From contig NIVC01001413.1 of the NCBI GenBank assembly GCA_002269645.1, positions 229,673-293,672 of the forward strand: a DNA stretch of 64,000 nucleotides, written 5' to 3'. This document shows, in pieces, positions 56,001 to 64,000 of the stretch. Each line of letters begins with the position of its first letter. Position 1 is the first letter of the stretch. The stretch is from Macrostomum lignano (lineage: Eukaryota). The position numbers and the translations under genes are program-made. The notes under the pieces were generated by a model. The model was not told the DNA's origin. It worked only from the letters and a program-made list of their open reading frames with translations, and searched no databases.

Positions 56001-59000
56001 TCCCTGTGCGTATTGAGTAGCAGATTGGCAAGCCTCGAGGGCGCTGCGGATGTAAAGATCGTTGTTCCTCATTGCGCGCTTCACGTAGCGGGACAGTTTA
56101 TCGATGTCGTTGGAGGCCAAATTTCGGATCTCCTCGGCAATCCAGTCGGCGTCCACGTTCGAGGAGGTGCCACCAAGCAGCGGGTTGAGACCGCTAAACT
56201 CGCTAACAGCCGAGATAGCGTCGGTCCAAGAGCTCGAAAGGCTGCGCTGCATGCTTCTCACGGCAGAATTCTCCTGGCTCGGATGCCTCCAGTTGACACG
56301 GAAGCTCATCTTGCTGTCATCCATCTGTCGATAAGCTAGGCCATAGAAGCCCAGGCGAGCAGGCACAGAAGCGGCATCAAAGAGATCGGGCTTCTGACCC
56401 ACAGTCATCTCACCTATGAAAACAGTCGCGATGAGTTCTTTGCTGTTGACGCTGATCTTAGATCTCAGGAGAACCTTCTCTGGGGTGTATTTGGGCAGTC
56501 TTAGGTCGGAGTCATGATGGAAGCTTCCGCGACCCTGATCCAGCTTAAGTGTGATCTTCTTCGTTGGTGCGCTAATCATAAACTTAAGACGGGATGCGCT
56601 CTCGTCCTTGGATGAAGCGAATGCGACCAGTTTGAAAAAGTTCTTGCCATCTGACTTCAGGCTGAGAGACACGCCGTCTTTGCACTGAAAGTTTTTGGTG
56701 GTTTATTGTTATATTTAGGTCATTTACTTTTATGCATACTTTTTATAACCTTTAAAGAGTTATATTGCTAAAATTAACTCACCGAGACAGTCAGTTCGCG
56801 CCAAGGTTGGAGCACGAACTTGATATTTTTGTCCATGGAACCCAGCTTCAACTTAAGGGTTCCGTCAATCTTGGACTGTGTGTTCCAGTTTTTGTTGTAG
56901 TTAACTTGCGATCGAACTGACAAAATGATTTTCGAGTCTTCAGAGCCGCTTACTTCCATATTAATCCGGTGATCACCCTGGCTATCACGGCTGTAGGCAT
57001 ATTTCGCAGCCAGTACGTCGATTTCGCCATTCTTATGTTTTAGCTGTACAGTGTAGCCACCGTCATTGTGCTCGAGACGAGCCTCCAGCTTGATAGGATT
57101 GCGCAGAAAAGGAGCCTTGCACTCCAGCTCGAACTCACTATCAAGCGCCTTAGCGGCCAGATGGATGGTCAACTCGATCGCTTTTTCAGTGGACACGTCA
57201 GCATCCCAGGCGATGGTGTTCTTGATCTTGAGCTTGTTGTCAGTTACCTCTGGCTGTACGTCCATGCGGATTTTCCTTGTTGGTAGGATGATCTCCAAAG
57301 TGTATGTGCGAGCTTCAGAGGCAGGAGATTTGGACTTGTAGAGAACAGTAACTCCATGAGACTGTCGCTTGTCGAGGTAGAGCTCCATAGTAACCAGACT
57401 TTCGCTAGCTGTTTCCCTAAACTCTTTGCCGATGACAAACTGACGACGCGGGCACTCTGTCTCCAACTTGAAGTCAGGAAGCACGGCATTCTCTTTCGCT
57501 GGGTTGTAGCTCAACTTCAGAGAATACTTCTGAAGGTTGTCGCCAAACTTGTCGAGAGAGAAGCTCAGTTTAGCCGGCCTGTCCTCGCTAGCGGACTCAA
57601 ACTTCATGTTCCACTCCATCTTGCCAGTGATTTGAACTTCAACCTTCTTCACCCCATAACCACTTTGTCCGTCAAGGCGGGCATCGGTTGTGCTTAGATC
57701 TTCGCCGTTGATCTTGATGGTGTCCTTGTAGACAAGAGTGTAGGCATCAGAGTCGCTTTCCATCTTACTTTCCAGACGCGCCTCCAGAGACCTGATCTGC
57801 CAGCTGGACAGCAAATCGAACTTAGATGTCAGGCTAGTCTCCAGGTCAAGATTGAGTCTTGGCTTGAAGCGGTACTTACGAGCAGTCAGCACCCACACAA
57901 TCTGCTCGGTGTCTTCGCCCAGACCGTACTGAACTTTCATCTGGCGGCCTTCAGTTAGCTGCTGAACTTCAGCCTTGAGGCTGACTGGCTGATCGATTCC
58001 AGTGCCGGGCAGCGCCAGCTGAACAATCAGCTCCTTCTTGTCCGAGTCATCGTCTCCAGACAGGAACTTGGGAAACTGAACCTTTAGATCGATCTTATCC
58101 TTAAGCTTCAGTTCAAACTTTGGCTCTCTAAAAGACGCACTGAATTGGTTTCCAATCTTACAGGTAGCCTCGACACTGGGCATATCCATATCAACGTCGA
58201 CTTTCATTACCCAGATTTTTTCATCGCTAGTACTGACCAGGTCGCTCTCGATCTTGAAAGCCTGGGGTGCGTTTCTGAAGTCGTGTTCGTAGTTCATGCT
58301 CTTCACACCGATGCAAGGAGCCTCAAATACAATGCTAAGCTTGCGGACTGAAACCCTAGCACCGATGGTTAGCTTCATCGGGTAGCTGGTAGTTGGCAAC
58401 TGGATCTTGTAGTTCGGCCAAAGAGTTAGCTCGGTGTTCTCAGCGTTGGTCTCGTGATTGATGGTCAGATCGGCTGACGCGTCCGTTAGCTCGTAGTCGA
58501 CTCGCAGTAAGTTCGGACGAGAGCTCTTGCCGTAGTTGATGGCAATCTGTTTTTGTTGCATTTTGACCTCGATGACTTTAGTCTCACCATCTGATTCAAT
58601 CTCGATCTTGGCACGAGCATCTTGCCAGTTCTGGTATTTACCTTCCCACTTCACCTGAAGCGTGTTGGCCTCATCGGAGTCGGTCGTCATGGTTACTTGA
58701 ATTTCGCCATCAGAGCCAGAGGTTACAGCGAACTCGCGTCCGAAAGCACTGACTTTGCCAGATTTAATTTTTGCGTCTTCATACTCCCAGCTGGCAGTTA
58801 TTGGTTCGCGCACTTGGGGCAGTTGCACAGACGATTTCCATTCAAAGTTATTCTCCGGTTTCACTGCGCGAACAAAGTAGGCGTCAATGCCGGAGCCCTT
58901 GATCTGCATTCCGCGGTCGATATTCGCCACTGGGATCGAGGAGTCGCTTCGCGGTGAGTTGAGCCAGAACAGCTTGGCCTTGAGCAGCTCTTCGTCGCGA

Positions 59001-62000
59001 TCAGCCATGCTAAGTGAGGCGTTAAGCGTCTTGTCAGAACCGTAGTTGTAGCTTGCCTGCAGCTTGACACGCGCCATGTCCCCTAAGAAAAATCGAAGGT
59101 CGCTATGCAGCAGGACTTCGCCCTTGATACCATCAGCAGCGTCAGTCTGAGTGTAGGCACAGTTGATTAGTTTGTGAGTACTTCCATTCCAACGGAAGGC
59201 GGCCAAAATCTGCTTCTTGTATTGGCTGTGCTCAAATCGGAAAGCAACCATCTGTAGCTTCGAAGAGGCTAGATCCATGTCCAGGCCAAGCTGGAACCTT
59301 GTCGGCTGAAGAGGGTAAGTCATGTTGGCTTGTCCAACGATCAAGTCGCGAGCCACTTCGTTCGTGCAGAAGGAGCACTTGACACGGAAGTTGACCTTCC
59401 TAGTGCCGCAAGACAGGTCCTCAACTTCATAGGTGGCAGCAGCCTCTTCGTCGTTGTACTCCACACCAGCAAAAGCGTTCTTGCTGTCCAGCTCCATGCG
59501 GGCACCGTACTTAACTTCCCAGCTTCCGTAGTTCTTTGCCTTTACTTTGGCCTCTGCCTTGAATGGCCAATAGTTAATAGCGCTGGCCAAAAGCAGCATT
59601 GGCTCCTTTGTGGTGGTATGGTCGGGCGAGCTGACTGATGCTACGAACTCAAATTCCATCGTAGGCTTCTTCTTCAGCATTAGCTCGTATTCTAGCTTCT
59701 TGTAGCTTATCTGACCCTCAAAGCCTTCGATCTCGGCTTTTCCTGTCAGACCCAGAAGGAAGCTGTAGCCAGGCGTACTGCGGCTGAATGTTGCTGTTCC
59801 ACTCTTCTTGATTTGCATCTGCTTTGTGAGGCTAACAATCTTGGCGATGGCGTCAAACTTGATTGCCTCAGGAACGTCAGTCTCCAACCTGATCTTGATG
59901 CCAGCCTCCTGAAGAAGCGGATGCGCCGTCTTCAGATCGACCATGAAGATGTTTGATTCGATTTTCAGCATGGCGCCCACGATCTTGGTGTTGTCGATCT
60001 CAATCTCCGACTCGAACTGAGCGCCGTTGTCCTGGCTGATTTCAGATTTTGCCTTCATCGACTTGAGGGGCAAAACTCCAAAGTCGCCTTCGAGCTTCAG
60101 TTCGGCTGCCTTTCGAGTTGGGGCTGCATTGAGTTCAAGACGCAGTTTAGTTTCCCGGATGGTAAGAGCAGCGACCAAGTAGTTCTCGGAATCTGCACGA
60201 CCACCAGTGACGTTCAGTTTGGAGCTCAATGGCACAGCACTGATTTGACCCTCCAAGTTGGCTAGGGCCTCGTACTTAGGAGATCTCGTCGAATAATCCA
60301 GATAACGAATCTTCATGTCCATCTTGACGTCATGCCATCTCCAAGAGTCCATAGAAGCGATCTTCAAACTGCCACTCTCACCATCATAGCTAGCATTCGA
60401 CTTTATAGACTGATCTTTGCAATAGACTTCGACCTTGATTCCCTTGCCAGAAGCGCTGTCTTTAGTTCTGGCGGCGCTCACACCGTATTTAACTTCGCTA
60501 TCAGACCAGCCCTTCACGCGAAGCAGGTGTTTCCAGATCTCGCCCTCGCGGCTTTCTAGCTTGATGACGTTTTGAAGAACGATTTCCTGAGTAGCTGCTG
60601 GTCCAGTCATTTTGCTTTCGTGTTCGAATCGCATGCCCCACAGCAGGTCGTTGAGCAGTTGTAGGCTCTTTTCGATCCTGTATCTCCCAGCTACCAGACG
60701 GACCTGGTAAGCCATGAGTTCAGCAATGTCGGCAAGGGACTGTTGATCGATACTAACGCGGTTCTCTACGTCGTAAGTCTTCTCCCGGGTCTCCAGAGTC
60801 ATCTTGTGCTTCAGCTCGTGATCTCTCTCTGGGCCTACCTGCTTCAGACGGAGGCTATGGATGCTGCTAAGAACCTTTGCGTCGTTCTTCTTGACAATGA
60901 CGTCGGCGTTCACGACACCTTCCTCCGGTCGGGTCAGGCCGCTCTTGATTTCCATTTTGTTATCCTGCCAGTCCTGCCAGAAAAACTCGTGCCTGATTGC
61001 GTCAACGCCTTCCGCCTTCTGCAGCTTGCTCTGCAGATGGAAGTAGACGTAATCGTTGTACTCGGCCTTGGCAATTTGCTCGCTCAGCATCTTCTCAGTG
61101 TTCAGGACATGCTTAACCTGGATGGCGTAACTTTTGCTTCCAAGTTGAGCTTTAGCCTTCATCTGGACCGCCTGCTTTCCAAGGGACCAACGACCCCATG
61201 GAAGGTGCTGCAGCTCGGCTTGGTACTGGGCAGTTTGTCCCTGTGATATTGATAGGATTTTTCCAGAGTTAAATCCAACTGTATATTTTAAAGCCAAGGT
61301 TCCGATTAGTAAAAACCCACAGATTTGCTTACCTCAAAGCTAATTCCATAGCTCAGCGCATATTTGTACTGCTTTCCAAGTCCATCAGTAGCGTTGGTAA
61401 ACTGACTCATCTCGATCTTCACCCGATCCACTTTGGCTGTCACAGACCTGCCCTCCTTCGAGTAGGTGACCTCTCCAGAGCCGGAAATTTCAGTCTTCTG
61501 GCTTTGCTCGATCTTCTTGACGCCGAATCGGGCATCGAAGTCGAATGGAGACTTAGCACTGTCGCTGCCGTACTGCAGCTTGTGGCTGATGGTGGCGCTG
61601 TACTGCTTTCCGTCAGCTTCCGATCGGCTGGTCAACTTTGAGTGCAAATTGTGCATGAAATTCTTGCCCATAGGGTTCTGCAGGGCAAAGTCGTACAGGA
61701 AAACGGTGGAAGCGTCGTCGGCGCTGCCTTCGACAGTCTGGCGGTACTGAACCCGGTAGCGCACGGCGGTCGTGTCGCCCTTCTGAGTCTTGTACTCGGA
61801 GCCCATCTGCCAGAAGAAGTTAGACTCCTGCAGCTTAAGATCGTACTCAAGGTTAAGCTCGTTTTTCGTGTGCATCTTAGCCTGCAGCTTAGTGGTAGCG
61901 ATTGGCAGCAGCACCGGAGTCAGGCCAGAGAACTTGTGCTCCAGGGTCACTTGCACCTTCTGGTCGATCTTATCTTTCGGGTGAACCTCTCCCTGAATGC

Positions 62001-64000
62001 TGTTAAAAATAAATACGAATTCTTTAAATTCGAAGTGGCAGGCACTGATATGAAGGAATAAGAGCTAATACTAATGATTACTCATACACTTACATAACTC
62101 CCTTCTCTGAGTCAGGTCGAACTGAGCCAGTAGCCAAATACTCGACAGAGCCAATCTGAGCCTTTGCGTTCACCTGGTGTCCAGATTCGGACTTGGTGAA
62201 GTTTGAATCAATGACAATCGGGAAGATCGGGTTTTGCAGCTCGAGTTTGTAGCTGATGTTGTCTCTACGGCTGACCGACTGGATGTTGAACTTCAGCAGT
62301 CGCTCCTTTGACTTTCGATCACCAATCAATAGCTGCAGTTGCTTTTCGCTGCGCTGACTCTTCCACTTGTAGTTCACCTCGAAGGCACTAAAGTCGTCAC
62401 TCTTTTCCAGGAACAGCTGGTAGCTGCTTGGGCACTGGAGGATCTTGCACGGGCTTGTCTGGCAGTTTGGAAGGCTCTCAGTCTTGAAGCAGATCTTGTG
62501 TCCGCCAAGCTTTTTGGCCAGACCCTCTACGCATCTTTCGCTTTGGACGCTAGCTTGCTGCGGTGTCAGTGCCTTCTCAACGTGCTGCTTGCCGGCGGTG
62601 TGCTGGAAAAACTTCACCTCAGTCTTGACCTCAGCAACGCTCTGCCTCTTGTTCAGTGGCTCGATCTTGACCAACAGCTGGCGATCGGAACTGTCATCAA
62701 GATTTTTTTTCAGGTTGACCCGCACTCCGGTGCTGGACAGGAAGCTGGTGCTAGACTGGATTCCGGCGCGTTCGAAGATAGCGTCCACGGCAACTGTGCG
62801 CAGCATCTGGATGGCGGCCGTCGGTTGCACCTGCACCGTGGCCTCTATGCCGGTGCTCTGGCTGAAGCTCATTTCAGAACGCAGGTTGGTGACGTAGTGA
62901 GACTCTTGCTTCACCAGAATTGGCAGGCCTGCAGTGGTAGGGATAGACAACGTGCTCTCCATGAGAGTTCCAGCCGCGGCGCCGGGTTTCCCGCTGACCA
63001 TAGACGGCATGAGGCTTCCAGCCTGTCCGCTGGCAATCAGAGCAGGCAGGGACTCGATGATTCCGCCGCTGAGATCGGTGTGCGACAGCTCGACCCCGTA
63101 GCGTCGAACGAACAGGTCAATTCGCGGCTTGATTCGCGTCTGGGTAAGACGAGGATGGCTCGGCTGGCTCAGCAATCAGGCTGTACGTCTGCTCGATCAG
63201 GAGCCCCTGCATGCGCAGGCCGATCTCCATAAGATTGATGGACTGGCCCTGGCTCGGCATGTTCACCGTCAGGTTGAGGCCGTTGCGCGGGATGGCGGAC
63301 TGGGCGGAGAACTGGGCACCTCGGCCTGGGCTCCGGCCTCAGGGCAGGACTGTAGTACTGGCCTTTAAGGACGTTGGAGCGGCGGCTTAGCTTCTTCAGC
63401 TCTGTGGCGGTCTTGGCGCTCAGTAGAATCGGGGACATGATGCGAGCGTCCTGGCCCTTCAGGTTTTTTAGGTGAGTGTAGACAAACATCTGAACCTGAC
63501 GGTCGCCTCGTCCTATCGAGGAGTTGACGAATATAATCGCGCAGCATTGAGGGGTTGCTGAAACCGTGGCGGGCCAGAGCTTGGAAAGCAGCGATTCGAA
63601 CTTCGGCGTCTTGGCTCTCGTCGAGCAGCAGATTGCTCAGTTGATGTTTATCAGTTGTGGAGAAGTTAGAAAATCGGCGCAGCGAGTGCAGAGCAAAGGC
63701 TCGGTAGACGATCTGCAGACGCTGATTGTTGGCGCACTGGACAAGGGAGTTGACGCCTCCTCGCATCCGACCCATGTTTCCGATAGCCAGCAGAGCCACG
63801 AAAGCGTTGTCCGAATCGGCACCGTTGAACTTGGCGCACGCCGGTCCTAGCGAGTCGGCGAAATAGTCGATAACGGCCTTCACGCGGGAGTCGGACTCGC
63901 AGTTCGGCAGCTCTTGGCAGATCTTGTGCACAACAGCGGACAAGGCGAGGGGTTCGTCACGGTTCACGCCAGTGATGAGTGCTTGGTCCTGGTCGCGAAG
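53056..64000 (-). CDS. Apolipophorin/apoB-like large lipid transfer protein (vitellogenin superfamily), 5'-truncated by the window edge
   Basis: Exons 62094->64000 (frameshifted near 63130-63520), 61333-61999, 56783-61240, 54116-56684, 53758-54022, 53389-53639, 53056-53243. LLT-module motifs LLAIGNMG, DAEVRIAAFQAL, QMFVYTHLKNL, PTTAGLPI; vWD domain HLITFDG..CSYLIARDF..GRVLGLAGSNDG; C8-like CFETVDPRPYWTIC; Cys-rich C-terminus CRQCSC..CKIVEC-stop. Confidence 0.93.

Noticed and set aside
54136-63850. Many plus-strand and alternate-frame ORFs over the LLTP gene
   Set aside because: Shadow ORFs of GC-rich coding exons, with no recognisable motifs.

Overview
Eukaryotic (metazoan) genomic window with GC-rich exons, short AT-rich GT-AG introns and roughly a quarter of the sequence in micro- and minisatellites. 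The style suggests a flatworm such as Macrostomum (inference, not searched). Six genes could be assembled by hand: histidine ammonia-lyase (HAL, +, 10 exons), an uncharacterised LolA/ependymin-like type I membrane protein (-, 13 exons), gcm (-, 3 exons), COQ9 (+, 2 exons), an intronless neuropeptide Y/F precursor (+), and the 3' ~3,400 codons of an apolipophorin/apoB-like large lipid transfer protein (-, runs off the window end). 26-44 kb holds tandem arrays and transposon relics: a Crypton-type tyrosine recombinase, a Harbinger fragment, MITEs, a solo LTR, a Nin/Deu-type SINE and a LINE fragment. No CRISPR or other prokaryotic system is present, and the long ORFs in the track over repeats are artefacts. 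Best leads: (1) one precursor carrying two tandem NPY/F-type peptides (RPRF-GKR and RPRY-G-stop); (2) a TA-flanked MITE carrying a 63-bp 28S rRNA fragment altered exactly at the R2/I-PpoI target; (3) three perfect GCM-binding octamers upstream of gcm; (4) evidence that intron-filling minisatellites sit inside a non-autonomous transposon family.
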